Assembly: GCA_964587735.1 (NCBI GenBank)
Contig: CAZPMB010000002.1
Location: 1,736-65,735, forward strand
DNA from: an uncultured Candidatus Bathyarchaeia archaeon
Lineage (GTDB): Archaea; Thermoproteota; Bathyarchaeia; TCS64
Direction of reading: 5' to 3'
DNA: 64,000 bases
Shown in pieces: positions 47,425 to 57,619 of the stretch (its first letter is position 1; each line of letters opens with the position of its first letter). The position numbers were made by a program, and so were the translations under genes. The notes below the pieces were generated by a model. It made no database searches and was not told the origin of the DNA. It saw only the letters and a list, made by a program, of their open reading frames with translations.

Positions 47425-49212
47425 ATGACAAAGAACTCGGAAGACATGCTTGACGCAGTAGAGCTGGTAGACGGCTTCATCAAACAGTCTGACTGGAGGA
47501 GCAGGGAGAACAGCAACCTAGGCTACGGCTTCAGCTCAGTCTTCCTCAGGGCGGCCGGCGAGGTGATGGAGAGATACACTCTGAGCAGGGTCTACAGCCA
47601 GGAGGTGGCCGAAGCCCACAGGAAGGGCGACTTCCACATACACAACCTCTCCATGGGTATTGTCGGCTACTGCGCGGGGTGGAGCATAGAGGATCTGCTG
47701 ACCCAGGGCTTCAACGGCATCCCCGCTAGAACAGAGTCGGCCCCGCCAAGGCACCTCTCCACGGCCCTACTCCAGCTTGCGAACTTCCTCGGAACGATAC
47801 AGAACGAGTGGGCGGGGGCCCAGGCCCTCAACAGCCTCGACACCTACCTCGCCCCATACGTCAGGAAGGACGGCCTCGGCTTCAAGCAGGTGAAGCAGGA
47901 GATACAGCAGTTCATCTACAACCTGAACATCGCCAGCCGCTGGGGGGGTCAGACCCCGTTCACTAATGTCACCCTAGATCTTAGGCCGCCATCCGATCTG
48001 AAGGATGTCCAGGCCATCCACGCCGGGGAGCGTCTGGGGGATGCCTACGCCGAGTTCCAGCCCGAGATGGACACGATCAACAAGGCCTTCTGCGACGTCA
48101 TGTCCGAAGGCGACATGCGGGGGCGGGTGTTCACATTCCCCATCCCGACGTACAACGTCACGAAGGACTTCGACTGGGACGGGGATATCTCAGAGGGCAT
48201 CTTCCGCATGACGGCGAAATATGGCACCCCATACTTCCAGAACTTCATTAAAAGCGACCTCGACCCCACCGAGGTGAGGGCCATGTGCTGCCGGCTCAGG
48301 CTCGACCTCCGGGAGCTCTTCAGGAGGGTCGGGGGGACCTTCGGCTACGCGGACAAGACGGGGAGCGTCGGCGTCGTCACGATCAACATGCCCAGGATAG
48401 GATATACTTCGGGAGACGAGGACGCTTTCTTCGAGCGCCTCGGCCACCTCATGGACCTGGCTAAGGAGAGCCTGGAGGCAAAGAGGAGGGTCGTCGCCGA
48501 CAACATGGAGCGCGGCCTCCTCCCCTTCTCCAAGCGTTACCTGGGGACCCTGGAATGGCACTTCTCCACCATCGGCCTGCTCGGCATGAACGAGGCCTGC
48601 CTGAACCTGCTCGGCGAGGGCATCGGCGCTGAGGAGGGCGAGAAACTCGCCGTCAAGACCCTCGAGTTCATGCTCGGTAGGGCGTCGGAATTCCAAGAAG
48701 AAACGGGAAACCTCTACAACATCGAGGCGACGCCGGCGGAGGGGGCAAGCTACCGCCTCGCGAGGCTCGACAAAGAATTGTACCCGGATATCAAGACGGC
48801 CGGGGAGGACGAACCTTACTACACGAACTCGACTCAGCTTCCGGTGGACTACACCGACGACCTCTTCGACGCTCTCAAGCACCAGGAGAAGCTCCAGGGC
48901 ATGTATACAGGCGGCACCGTGTTCCACGTCTTCCTGGGCGAGAGGATTCAAGACCCTGAGGGCTGCAAGCTCCTGGTGCGCAGGATAGCCGAGCGCTTTG
49001 CGATCCCCTACTTCACCATCACCCCGACATTCAGCATATGCATCGACCACGGATACCAGTCCGGTGAGCACTTCAGCTGCCCGGTCTGCGGAAAGCCCTC
49101 TGAGGTCTACAGCCGCGTCGTCGGCTACTACAGGCCCGTGCAGAACTGGCACAAGGGAAAGCGGGAGGAGTACAGACAACGTCGGACCTACTCCCTAGAC
49201 GGGCCCGCCTGA
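47425..49212 (+). CDS. nrdD: Anaerobic ribonucleoside-triphosphate reductase (class III)
   Basis: 595 aa, C-terminal CPVCG zinc ribbon and RVVGYYRP glycyl-radical motif. Confidence 0.9.
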   Translation: MTKNSEDMLDAVELVDGFIKQSDWRSRENSNLGYGFSSVFLRAAGEVMERYTLSRVYSQEVAEAHRKGDFHIHNLSMGIVGYCAGWSIEDLLTQGFNGIPARTESAPPRHLSTALLQLANFLGTIQNEWAGAQALNSLDTYLAPYVRKDGLGFKQVKQEIQQFIYNLNIASRWGGQTPFTNVTLDLRPPSDLKDVQAIHAGERLGDAYAEFQPEMDTINKAFCDVMSEGDMRGRVFTFPIPTYNVTKDFDWDGDISEGIFRMTAKYGTPYFQNFIKSDLDPTEVRAMCCRLRLDLRELFRRVGGTFGYADKTGSVGVVTINMPRIGYTSGDEDAFFERLGHLMDLAKESLEAKRRVVADNMERGLLPFSKRYLGTLEWHFSTIGLLGMNEACLNLLGEGIGAEEGEKLAVKTLEFMLGRASEFQEETGNLYNIEATPAEGASYRLARLDKELYPDIKTAGEDEPYYTNSTQLPVDYTDDLFDALKHQEKLQGMYTGGTVFHVFLGERIQDPEGCKLLVRRIAERFAIPYFTITPTFSICIDHGYQSGEHFSCPVCGKPSEVYSRVVGYYRPVQNWHKGKREEYRQRRTYSLDGPA

Positions 49213-49229
49213 GTCGGCAGCTGCCGATC

Positions 49230-49913
49230 GTGGGGCTGCAGAGGCTCAGCCTCATCGACTACCCGGGGAAGCTGTGCGCCACGGCGTTCACCGCGGGATG
49301 CAACTTCCGATGCCCGTACTGCTACAACGTGGACATCGTCCTCAACCACCAGGTAATGGCAACTATGCCCGAGGCAGAGGTGTTGAACTTCCTGTACCAA
49401 AGGAAGGGGTTTCTGGATGGCCTCTGCGTCGGCGGTGGAGAGCCGACGCTCCACAACGAGCTGTACACCTTCCTCTACAAAGTCAAGTCCGTCGGCTACC
49501 TCGTTAAGCTCGATACGAACGGCTCTAAGCCGAAGAGGCTGAACAAGCTGATGGAGGAGCGGGTCGTCGACTACGTCGCCATGGATGTGAAGGCCCCCCT
49601 GAGTCGATACCCGGAGGTGGTTAGGTACAAGGCGGACATAGAAGCCGTGGCGAAGAGCGTCAAGCTCCTGCGGCGGAGTGGCGTGGACCACGAGTTCCGC
49701 ACAACAGCTGTGCCCGGGCTGCTTGACGGAGACGACATTGAGGAGATCGCTCAGACATTGGCAGGTTCAAAAAGGTACGTCATCCAGCAGTTCAGGCCCG
49801 GCAGGACGCTGTGCCCTGAGTTCAAGGAAGGAAAACCATACAGCGAGAACGAGCTCAGACAGTTCAGGGACAGGGTCGCCCCATACTTTGCCGAGTGCAA
49901 GCTGAGGCTCTGA
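49230..49913 (+). CDS. nrdG: Anaerobic ribonucleotide reductase activating protein (radical SAM)
   Basis: CNFRCPYCYN Cx3Cx2C motif. Directly downstream of nrdD. Confidence 0.85.
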   Translation: MGLQRLSLIDYPGKLCATAFTAGCNFRCPYCYNVDIVLNHQVMATMPEAEVLNFLYQRKGFLDGLCVGGGEPTLHNELYTFLYKVKSVGYLVKLDTNGSKPKRLNKLMEERVVDYVAMDVKAPLSRYPEVVRYKADIEAVAKSVKLLRRSGVDHEFRTTAVPGLLDGDDIEEIAQTLAGSKRYVIQQFRPGRTLCPEFKEGKPYSENELRQFRDRVAPYFAECKLRL

Positions 49914-49924
49914 TGGATCAGCGT

Positions 49925-50416
49925 TCAGAGCTTCTGTAGAATTCGTGGGACAACGACGTTTCTACGCCTGCAATAGGCTTGGATTGTCTCGCTTACCCAA
50001 GGCTTTCGTTGTGACTCTTCCTTGAGTGCCAGCTCAAGCGCCGAGATGTCTTCCGATGTGCCCAGGACCTGATCTTCCATAAGCACGGCCAACGAGTCAG
50101 CAAAGATCAGCGACTCGTCCAGCAGGCCTCTGGGCTTCACTTCCGTTCTTAGATCGTGCGCCCTTATCGCGTGTAGGGCATCATCGGCAAGCTTCCCCTC
50201 AAGCATTTCGGCAGCCAAGGTCCCGTGTCGGCTCATATCGCCGAGGACCGAGTCGTAATCCAGGTCGTGCAGGAGCCCGACGATCCCCCAATCATCCTTA
50301 TCTTCGAGGAATTCCTCAGCCAAGGCGATCATTATACTACTGACCAAAATGGAATGGGCGTATCTGCTTGACCCCTCGATCAGTTTAAGGGCCTCTTCCC
50401 GTGTCATCGGAGACAT
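49925..50416 (-). CDS. HD-domain phosphohydrolase
   Basis: H...HD (LLHDLDY) motif. Start placed at an internal Met (MSPMTREE) to avoid a 59-nt same-strand overlap with the upstream HAD gene. Confidence 0.55.
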   Translation of the reverse strand: MSPMTREEALKLIEGSSRYAHSILVSSIMIALAEEFLEDKDDWGIVGLLHDLDYDSVLGDMSRHGTLAAEMLEGKLADDALHAIRAHDLRTEVKPRGLLDESLIFADSLAVLMEDQVLGTSEDISALELALKEESQRKPWVSETIQAYCRRRNVVVPRILQKL

Positions 50417-50465
50417 CGAGCGAAGACAAATAGCTACCGGTTCGATAACAACTTTTGGATAGGAT

Positions 50466-51128
50466 TTATGCTTGCCTGAATATGATCGAGGGGACCTCTT
50501 CAAGGGATCTGATGAAGAAGTCATGGTCGAAATCGGGTTGCCTCCCGTCCCGCCTCAAGATTATGGAAATCAATCCGGCGTTGCTCGCCGCCTCCGAGTC
50601 GAAGGACGCATCTCCCACAAGCCATCCGACCTCAACCCCGAGCCTCGATTCTGCCAGGTATATTATGGCTGGATCCGGTTTCAGGCGTGGGACGTCGCTG
50701 CGCGTAGCGACCGCGCCGAAGTAACTTCTCAACCCAAGATTGGTAAGGATGTACTCCGCGGCTGCGGCCGATGTGTTCGTTACGACCCCCATCGCGACGC
50801 CCTCATCCAGCAGACTATTCAATGCGCTAAGGGTGTCTGGGTAGAGCACTGTTCGCCTGGCTGAACCCATGTCGTAGGGAATCATGAAGGCCTCCATCTC
50901 AGCGCGTAAACATGCTGCCTGCTCCACGCTCAGGTTATCTTCGGCCCACTGGTAGGCCGTATTTCTGAGTGCATAGGACCTTACCAGCCCAGCGAGGAGC
51001 TCCTCGGGCACCCCCAAGCTGACGAGCTTCTGCCTAGTCTCCCTCCTGAGCTCCTCTATTGTCTCTGGGGACTGCTGGTAGGAGGATTCTACGAGGGTGC
51101 CTTCGAGATCGAAGAGCAATGCCTTCAA
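50466..51128 (-). CDS. HAD-superfamily hydrolase (phosphatase)
   Basis: MKALLFDLEGTLV (DxxGT motif I), GVVTNTS motif II and a GD motif IV. Confidence 0.7.
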   Translation of the reverse strand: MKALLFDLEGTLVESSYQQSPETIEELRRETRQKLVSLGVPEELLAGLVRSYALRNTAYQWAEDNLSVEQAACLRAEMEAFMIPYDMGSARRTVLYPDTLSALNSLLDEGVAMGVVTNTSAAAAEYILTNLGLRSYFGAVATRSDVPRLKPDPAIIYLAESRLGVEVGWLVGDASFDSEAASNAGLISIILRRDGRQPDFDHDFFIRSLEEVPSIIFRQA

Positions 51129-51202
51129 CCCATCGAACCTGCCGACTGAGCCGTCGTCTTTAATCGGTGCATTTGATTTTCATCAACGATACTTGTGAGA
51201 GG

Positions 51203-51661
51203 TCAGGGTCTATTTAACAGTCTTTTAGTCTTGTCCGCGGCCCACTCGACGTACTCGTCGCAGCGGAAACCCCCCATCCCCTTAAGTTCATCGTAGCGCT
51301 TTCTGCCCTCATCCGTTCGCCGGTCAACCCCCAAGAGGTCCATGCAGTTCACAGAGCCGAACTCGTCCTCAAACTCTGCCATGAAATATTGGGCTACACT
51401 CCTCAACAGACTCCTCTTGTCATGGAAATTGTTGGATGTCTCGGCGCCATCGGTCCCATAGATGAGACCTAATGCCATGACGGCGCCGCTCACGGCGCCG
51501 CATACGCTGCCCCATCCGCTGACGCCACCTCCGAAGGCCGAGGCTATCCTCATCATGTCTGTATCGAAGCCGGGCAAGGGTTTGCTCTCGTCGATCCTTA
51601 TGAGGACGCTCTCGCAGCAGTTAAACTTAAGATCGCCCCTGGAGATCATACCGACTCCCAT
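51203..51661 (-). CDS. C_GCAxxG_C_C family redox protein
   Basis: FNCCESVL ... CGAVSGAVMALG ... FRCDEYV cysteine pattern. Confidence 0.7.
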   Translation of the reverse strand: MGVGMISRGDLKFNCCESVLIRIDESKPLPGFDTDMMRIASAFGGGVSGWGSVCGAVSGAVMALGLIYGTDGAETSNNFHDKRSLLRSVAQYFMAEFEDEFGSVNCMDLLGVDRRTDEGRKRYDELKGMGGFRCDEYVEWAADKTKRLLNRP

Positions 51662-51696
51662 AACCCCTCCACCTTGAAATAGCTACCGGACGGGCG

Positions 51697-52323
51697 TCAT
51701 GCGAACCCTAAAAATACGACAATGAGCGGCGTCAAAGTGACCTCGACGACGGCAGCAATAAAGAGAAGTGGGATGATCCTCGTAGCGAACAGCCTGAGAG
51801 CCATTCTGAACTCGGCTCCTAGGCCACCTCGACCTCTGAAGCGGTTTATCAGCTGGTACCCTATCCCCATACCGGCGGCTGAGCTGAGGAGGATGGTGGG
51901 AACCTCTATGATGCCGTGGGGCAAGAGGGCGGCCACCGTGAATGTAAGGCTCCTCTCTAAGGCGACGGCGTATGATACGTTGCCGAGGATGAAGCCGTTC
52001 ATGATGCTGAAGTACAGGGAGGGAAAGCTCCCGATTATCCCGAGCACCATGAAGAGGAAGCTCTTGGCCACGTTGTTGAAGACGATGAAGAGGAATATCA
52101 TCGTGATGTCGAAGCCCTCGAAGTCGGGGAAGGCCCCCATGAGCTCGTCCATGACGGAGGTCGAAATGCTGCCCCCCATCTCGTACCCAACCACCAGGGA
52201 GAAGAAGAACCCCATTAGGCATAAGATGTACAGGGGGACAAGCCTCCTGACATAATTCGCCTGCCTACCGAATATGAGCCCAAGCAGCCCGTCACGTTGA
52301 ACTCGGCTCTCATCAGCTATCAT
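51697..52323 (-). CDS. DUF95 / SpoIIM-like integral membrane protein
   Basis: Multiple TM helices. Family-typical FIVFNNVAKSF and GIIEVPTILLS segments. Confidence 0.5.
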   Translation of the reverse strand: MIADESRVQRDGLLGLIFGRQANYVRRLVPLYILCLMGFFFSLVVGYEMGGSISTSVMDELMGAFPDFEGFDITMIFLFIVFNNVAKSFLFMVLGIIGSFPSLYFSIMNGFILGNVSYAVALERSLTFTVAALLPHGIIEVPTILLSSAAGMGIGYQLINRFRGRGGLGAEFRMALRLFATRIIPLLFIAAVVEVTLTPLIVVFLGFA

Positions 52324-52550
52324 TGGTGGCCCGTACCACCCTCCACCAGCTGAGTGGCTGCCCTGACATCCCGGCCAAGCACCGTCTTCCTGCCATCGCC
52401 CATCGCCTGGGCGATGGCTGCCTTAGCGACCCTTGATCCATAACTGCCTAATGTGCGCCTCAGCTCCTCTGCAGCGCCGTCGCTGATCCTCATGTCGCCA
52501 TGCTTCATGATCAGCCTTCTCATGGGCGCCAGAGTGAACTCCTCCGCCAT
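52320..52550 (-). CDS. Archaeal histone (HMf-like histone fold)
   Basis: LAPMRRLIMKHGDMRISDGAAEEL...AGRKTVLGRDVRAA histone-fold signature. Stop overlaps the next gene start (ATGA). The track ORF starts 12 nt upstream at 52562. Confidence 0.75.
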   Translation of the reverse strand: MAEEFTLAPMRRLIMKHGDMRISDGAAEELRRTLGSYGSRVAKAAIAQAMGDGRKTVLGRDVRAATQLVEGGTGHQ

Positions 52551-52604
52551 GAGCACCACCATCCAGACTTAAGAATCTCACCGCTTATTTTATGTTCCGA
52601 AGGA

Positions 52605-53297
52605 ATGCTCCATATAATCCTGGTCGAGGCCGCCCTTGAGACTGTCCCGCCAGAGATCCTCCGCCACCCCTCGGTCAGGAGGAACGCAAAGAGGCGGGGG
52701 AAGAGGCCCGAGGAGACCCTACTGAACAGAAGCCTCCACAACTCGGCGATGAGCGGGCTGAAAGATGGCCACAGGAGGGGCAGGCCGGACATCGTTAACA
52801 TCTGCCTCCTCGAGGCCCTCGGCTCGCCGCTGAACATGACGGGAGGGCTGAGGGTTTGGGTCCACACCTACGGGGGCTACGCAATCGAGGTATCACCCGG
52901 AGCGAGGCTGCCCAGGGACTGCAACAGGTTCAACAGCCTGATGGAGCAGCTCTTCTCCGAGGGCAGAGTCCCCCCTGGGGAAGGGGAGCCCCTCATGAGC
53001 CTCGAGAGGACGGGGCTAAACCAGCTCTTGGATAAAATAGGACCGACGCATATAGTAGCCTTCACCAGCCACGGGGAGCCCTCTGACTTGGAGGATGCGT
53101 GTATCGCCCTCTCAAAGGAGGGGCGGCCAGCAACTTTCGTGGGCGCCTACCCTCACGGCCCCATGCGGGAGGAGACGCTCTCCCTCGCAAACGAGGCGAT
53201 AAGCATCTACACTGAGGCGCTGGAAGCCTGGGTCGTGACCTCGCGACTGATATACGAATACGAGAGAGCCGTAGCAAAAGATGGAAGACCAGCGTAG
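52605..53297 (+). CDS. nep1: Ribosomal RNA small subunit methyltransferase Nep1 (Emg1, SPOUT)
   Basis: LHIILVEAALETVP start and RPDIVNICLLEALGSPLN motif (RPDI(T/V)HQCLL in Emg1). ATG at 52605 inside the longer track ORF. Confidence 0.7.
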   Translation: MLHIILVEAALETVPPEILRHPSVRRNAKRRGKRPEETLLNRSLHNSAMSGLKDGHRRGRPDIVNICLLEALGSPLNMTGGLRVWVHTYGGYAIEVSPGARLPRDCNRFNSLMEQLFSEGRVPPGEGEPLMSLERTGLNQLLDKIGPTHIVAFTSHGEPSDLEDACIALSKEGRPATFVGAYPHGPMREETLSLANEAISIYTEALEAWVVTSRLIYEYERAVAKDGRPA

Positions 53298-53523
53298 CCA
53301 CAGACACCGACATCGAATGAGTGCCGGGGTGCCGATACGAGAGATGGGCTACTTTTCCTTGAAGACCTATGACACCTTCAAAAGCCGACTCGGATAGAGC
53401 CCCACCGGTTCATCGGGCTTCTTGTCCTTCTGGAGTACCCCAAAAAGTGGCCCGCTGAAGATCCATTCGCTTTGAACACCCTGTGGAAAACAATTTATAT
53501 CGCCATTTTACGATCGCACTGAA

Positions 53524-54483
53524 TTGAATTTAAGCATCGTAATCCCTGCACTCAACGAGGAGGCCATGATAGAGCAGTGCCTGTCAAGCATACGACGCCA
53601 AGACCAGCCCGTTGAGATCATTCTTGTAGATAACGGCAGTGTAGACCGAACCCCCGAGATCGCTAAGAAATACTGCGACATGATCCTCATCGAGCCTGGC
53701 TACAGCCTCGCGGAGATGAGGGACCAGGGTGCCAGAGAAGCCAAGGGCGATATCGTTGTCACAACAGACGCTGACTGTGTGGCCCCGCCCCATTGGATAA
53801 GTGAGCTAACCAAACCCTTCTACGACCCCGGGGTGGTAGCCGTAGGCGGAGCCTTAAGGCCCTTAAAGAGGAGTCTGCTCGGTGGGTTCTACTGCTGGAT
53901 CTCCGCCGTGGTCCAGGGATTGTTTGGCCTCTACCAGGGAGCAAACATGGCGTATAGGCGCGATGTCTACCTCAGGTCCCCAGGCTATGCGGGGGCGAAG
54001 CGGGCGGAAGACTGGAACCTTAGCTGGAACCTCCGCAGGTATGGGAAGACTAAGTTCATCAGAAAGGCATACACGTACACGGAGATCCCGTTCAACAGGC
54101 AGATAGAGTACGTTGGGGTCATCGCCAGCGGCATACTCATCATCCTAGGAGGCGTCTTGGGCTGGGTTAACCTGTTGGGCTTTGGCCTTGGGTACATTCT
54201 GAGCGAGGCGGCCACATTTATCTACAAGCACAGGAGCATCCTCAGGCGCAGCCAAGTGACCCTCATCGCTCTGGCCCTAGTCTTCATCTTCCAGAGGACC
54301 CTCACGGTTGTCAACTACACATTCATCGCAGGATTACTTGGAGGCATCTTCGCTTATCACTTCATCTCGGAGGATATCAGGCTGGTTATTGAGGACTTGA
54401 AGCTCTACAATCTCAGGAAGAGGCCTGACCATAGCTTCCTAAGCGTTATTAAGCAACACATCAGCCGTGTCATTAGGCTGTAG
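53524..54483 (+). CDS. Family-2 glycosyltransferase with C-terminal transmembrane segments
   Basis: SIVIPALNEE, VDNGSVDRT and TTDADC (DxD) GT2-A motifs. Hydrophobic C-terminal third. Confidence 0.75.
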   Translation: MNLSIVIPALNEEAMIEQCLSSIRRQDQPVEIILVDNGSVDRTPEIAKKYCDMILIEPGYSLAEMRDQGAREAKGDIVVTTDADCVAPPHWISELTKPFYDPGVVAVGGALRPLKRSLLGGFYCWISAVVQGLFGLYQGANMAYRRDVYLRSPGYAGAKRAEDWNLSWNLRRYGKTKFIRKAYTYTEIPFNRQIEYVGVIASGILIILGGVLGWVNLLGFGLGYILSEAATFIYKHRSILRRSQVTLIALALVFIFQRTLTVVNYTFIAGLLGGIFAYHFISEDIRLVIEDLKLYNLRKRPDHSFLSVIKQHISRVIRL

Positions 54484-54817
54484 TCAGGTTGAATGTGCTT
54501 CATAGATTAGGAAGTATCGTTTAAGGCTCACGGAAACCCTTAAATCGGATCAAGCCACTCCGCCACATTAACGATCACAGAGGAAGCCATTATACCTAGA
54601 AAAGCGGCCGCATAATGGCTGTCCGTTTTCAAGTTACATTACCTGCTCTTGTGTACACAATTTAACACATTATCACACGCCGCAGCGACAGCCGGTGTAC
54701 AATATCCATACAAAGTTGAGGGGTGCAACCCACTTTCTGAATTGGGATTTGAGAAATAGCCTTTCTTATCCTACGAAACCAATGCCGAGTTGTTCAGGTT
54801 GTTAAGGAGATTCATGC

Positions 54818-55585
54818 TTATCCTTTTAACCCCTTAATTTTCAGCATCGAAACCCCCTTTTCACATGAGGCATAGCACGATAGACACCTTATGCAATCCG
54901 GTGAGTTGAAGTCCAATGATTCCATCGAACAGCTAGCAGTACAGGAATTACATTCTCCGCATGCTTCATGTGGTCGCTCAAGGGAGAAAAGGCTAAACCT
55001 ATTCGAAGCGGAAAAAATTGTGCTCATTGGGCAGATGTACCGACACCATGGCCTATGGAAGAAGACTGATGAGACGAGAGTAATCGCCGTTGTTAAGATC
55101 GAAAGTAAGACTAATTTTTCTCTATAGGTCATCAAAAGCGACCAGAGGCCCTTGACCGGCATGAGCCCGAACAGAACCAGCACCGCCTCAGAGATCAGGT
55201 AAAGAAACAAGATTAACGTGCCGTACTTCAACAAGATTAGTCTTCTGAAAACACTCTTCGGCTTAATTTTCCTTATAGGAACCCTATGTAGAAAGTCACT
55301 GAGAACCCCCGCAGGGCATAGCAATCCGCAGAAAATCCTGCCGAATAGGAGGCTTGAGACTAGGATTATGCCGAACAACCAGGGTCGGATGATGCTGAAG
55401 GTACACGGAGCCGGACAGATATGGCAGAGGATGAAGGGTACATTGAAGGGGCATCCGAAAAGGCCACCAGTTACGCTTGAGCCGATGTGCCCGAGAGCAC
55501 CCATGGGCCCCAAGTACAGAAGCGAGGCGCTTTTAACTAGGAGCAGAATACCTTTAAACCTCACCCTAATATAAGAGAGCCCCAC
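54818..55585 (-). CDS. NapH/MauN-like membrane-bound 4Fe-4S polyferredoxin
   Basis: TM helices plus CxxCxxC...CP motifs (CGECNSCTASC, CIRCLSCYASC) and RIFCGLLCP, typical of the COG0348 family. Confidence 0.6.
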   Translation of the reverse strand: MGLSYIRVRFKGILLLVKSASLLYLGPMGALGHIGSSVTGGLFGCPFNVPFILCHICPAPCTFSIIRPWLFGIILVSSLLFGRIFCGLLCPAGVLSDFLHRVPIRKIKPKSVFRRLILLKYGTLILFLYLISEAVLVLFGLMPVKGLWSLLMTYREKLVLLSILTTAITLVSSVFFHRPWCRYICPMSTIFSASNRFSLFSLERPHEACGECNSCTASCSMESLDFNSPDCIRCLSCYASCEKGVSMLKIKGLKG

Positions 55586-55591
55586 CGTGCC

Positions 55592-56263
55592 TCACCAGCC
55601 CTGCACAGAAATTGCGATTTGAGACGCTATCTGCCTAACGCCTAAGAAGATGAGCATGACGCCGCAGGACCTCCTGAAGAACTTGTAAATCCTCGGTGTC
55701 TTGAAGATCAGAGAGGGTGCCCCCCCTGCGACCACTCCGAGCAAGATTACTGGCGACACGATCGATGCCCCTAGGCCGAAACAAAGGGTGTGGAAGGCCC
55801 CGGCTAGGGGCGTTCTGACGTTTAAGGCTATATAGGTGAGGACCCCGATGAGGGGGGCGCAAGGGGTCACACCCACAACGAACCCTAGGAATACAAGGCT
55901 CAACAAACCGCCATCGATGTTTAGTTTTAGCGCCCTGTGAAATGCTACCCTCGGCTCAAAGCCAAACAGGATGAGAAACCCGAGAAAAGAGATAAAGAGC
56001 CCGCCGACGACCCATGCATATAGACAGAAGCTCGTATGGTCTAAGAAATCTATCATAATCATTCCTGAACAGCCAGCAACCAGACCAAGCATGGTGTATG
56101 CCAACAGCCTCGATAGTGAGAACGCCATGGTTGCCTTGAGGCCTTCCATCCAACCATTGGAGGTCCCCGCGATATAGGGAATGATTATCGGTACACAGAA
56201 GAGAAGGCACGGGCCGAAACCCAATGTCAAACCTGTCAAGAACAGCTCTATGGGGACTTCCAT
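55592..56263 (-). CDS. ccdA: CcdA/DsbD-family thiol-disulfide transporter (cytochrome c biogenesis-type)
   Basis: GLTLGFGPCLL first-Cys motif and GVTPCAPLIG second-Cys motif in a 6-TM scaffold. Confidence 0.75.
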   Translation of the reverse strand: MEVPIELFLTGLTLGFGPCLLFCVPIIIPYIAGTSNGWMEGLKATMAFSLSRLLAYTMLGLVAGCSGMIMIDFLDHTSFCLYAWVVGGLFISFLGFLILFGFEPRVAFHRALKLNIDGGLLSLVFLGFVVGVTPCAPLIGVLTYIALNVRTPLAGAFHTLCFGLGASIVSPVILLGVVAGGAPSLIFKTPRIYKFFRRSCGVMLIFLGVRQIASQIAISVQGW

Positions 56264-56419
56264 CTCCGTTGAGTTCTGGAGCCATTCCGGTTAAAAGGAG
56301 TTCCCTCAAAGCCATCGAAGTGGTTCATCAACCAAGTGAATTTTTGCCGAAGCTAAAAATACTGGTGCCCCTCTTTCAATTAATCGAATAGATTTCTAGC
56401 CGACTGAGGCGGGTTTACT

Positions 56420-57598
56420 GTGGAAGAGGTTGAGGGGCGAAGGTCTAGGCTCAGGACAGGATTGGAAGTAACCGCCCTAATCCTTTTCGTGGTCATAGGC
56501 GTGGTAATAATTTTCCCGGAGATTTTTTCAGCCATCTTGAAACCATCCACAGAAGGCCTCAGGGAGGCAATGTATTACACAAAAATCGAGGGGAATGCGG
56601 TCCAGTGCCAGCTCTGTTTTAGGAGATGCGTTATAGGGGAAGGGCAGAGAGGCTTCTGCACCAACAGGAGGAACGTAGGAGGCAGGCTATACACGGTGAT
56701 ATATGGTAAGCCGTGTGCATTACAGATCGACCCTGTAGAGAAGGAGCCTCTCTTCCACGTCTACCCCAGAAGCAGTATATTCTGCATAGGAACAGCTGGA
56801 TGCAACTTCAGATGTAGCTTCTGTCAGAACTGGCACATGGCCCATAAGAGCCTGGAGGAGGTGGAGTACGCACAGTACTCGCCCGAGGAACTCGTCGATT
56901 TGGCCTTCGAATATAACTGTACTGGCTTCCACTTCACCTACAACGAGCCCACCGTCTTCTACGAGTACATGTTCGATATCGCTGAGATCGCCAAGAAGAA
57001 GGGCCTTGTGGTGGCTTTTCACAGCAATGGCGCCATTAACGAGGAGCCCCTGAGGGAGCTCCTGAGGTTCATGGACGCGGTCACCATCGATCTGAAGTCC
57101 TTCAAACCCGAGTATTACGAATACGTGACAGAGCAATCCACCTCCGGTCCCTTCCAGCCCTCCTCTCCACCTCTCGATACAGTCCTATCCACAATGAAGA
57201 CGATCAAGGAGGTGGGAGTTTGGTTGGAGATAGTTAACCTCATGATACCTACCCTGAACGACGACATGGAAGACGTAAAAGAGATGTGCACCTGGATAAG
57301 AGAGAACCTCGGCGACGACGTGCCTCTCCACTTCCTCAGGTTTATGCCGGCGTGCAAGCTGACGAAGCTCCCATACACCCCTGTCCAGACCCTCGAGGCT
57401 GCGAGGAGGACGGCCATGGCTGCAGGGATGAAATACGTATACATAGGTAATGTCCCAGGCCATGAAGGCAACAGCATGTTCTGCCCTAGCTGCGGGGAGT
57501 GTCTCATCGCCAGATACCATTTCTTGGTTCTCAGCTACAACTTAGATGGAGACAAGTGCAAGTTCTGTGGCTACGAGATACCGGGCCTCTGGAGATAA
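56420..57598 (+). CDS. AmmeMemoRadiSam-system-type radical SAM enzyme (PFL-activase-like). N-terminal 50 aa (GTG start, TM-like) may not be translated
   Basis: CQLCFRRCVIGEGQRGFCTNR plus CNFRCSFCQNW motifs. Alternative ATG at 56570 (MYYTKIEG) gives the typical 342-aa length. Confidence 0.7.
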   Translation: MEEVEGRRSRLRTGLEVTALILFVVIGVVIIFPEIFSAILKPSTEGLREAMYYTKIEGNAVQCQLCFRRCVIGEGQRGFCTNRRNVGGRLYTVIYGKPCALQIDPVEKEPLFHVYPRSSIFCIGTAGCNFRCSFCQNWHMAHKSLEEVEYAQYSPEELVDLAFEYNCTGFHFTYNEPTVFYEYMFDIAEIAKKKGLVVAFHSNGAINEEPLRELLRFMDAVTIDLKSFKPEYYEYVTEQSTSGPFQPSSPPLDTVLSTMKTIKEVGVWLEIVNLMIPTLNDDMEDVKEMCTWIRENLGDDVPLHFLRFMPACKLTKLPYTPVQTLEAARRTAMAAGMKYVYIGNVPGHEGNSMFCPSCGECLIARYHFLVLSYNLDGDKCKFCGYEIPGLWR

Positions 57599-57619
57599 CG
57601 GAAGCCTGAATCGAAGCCA

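Noticed and set aside
52500-52604. 5' extension of the Nep1 ORF (track start 52500) overlapping the histone gene
   Set aside because: Nep1 homologs begin at the LHIILVEAALETVP region. The extension would run antisense through the histone coding sequence and its promoter, so the ATG at 52605 is preferred.
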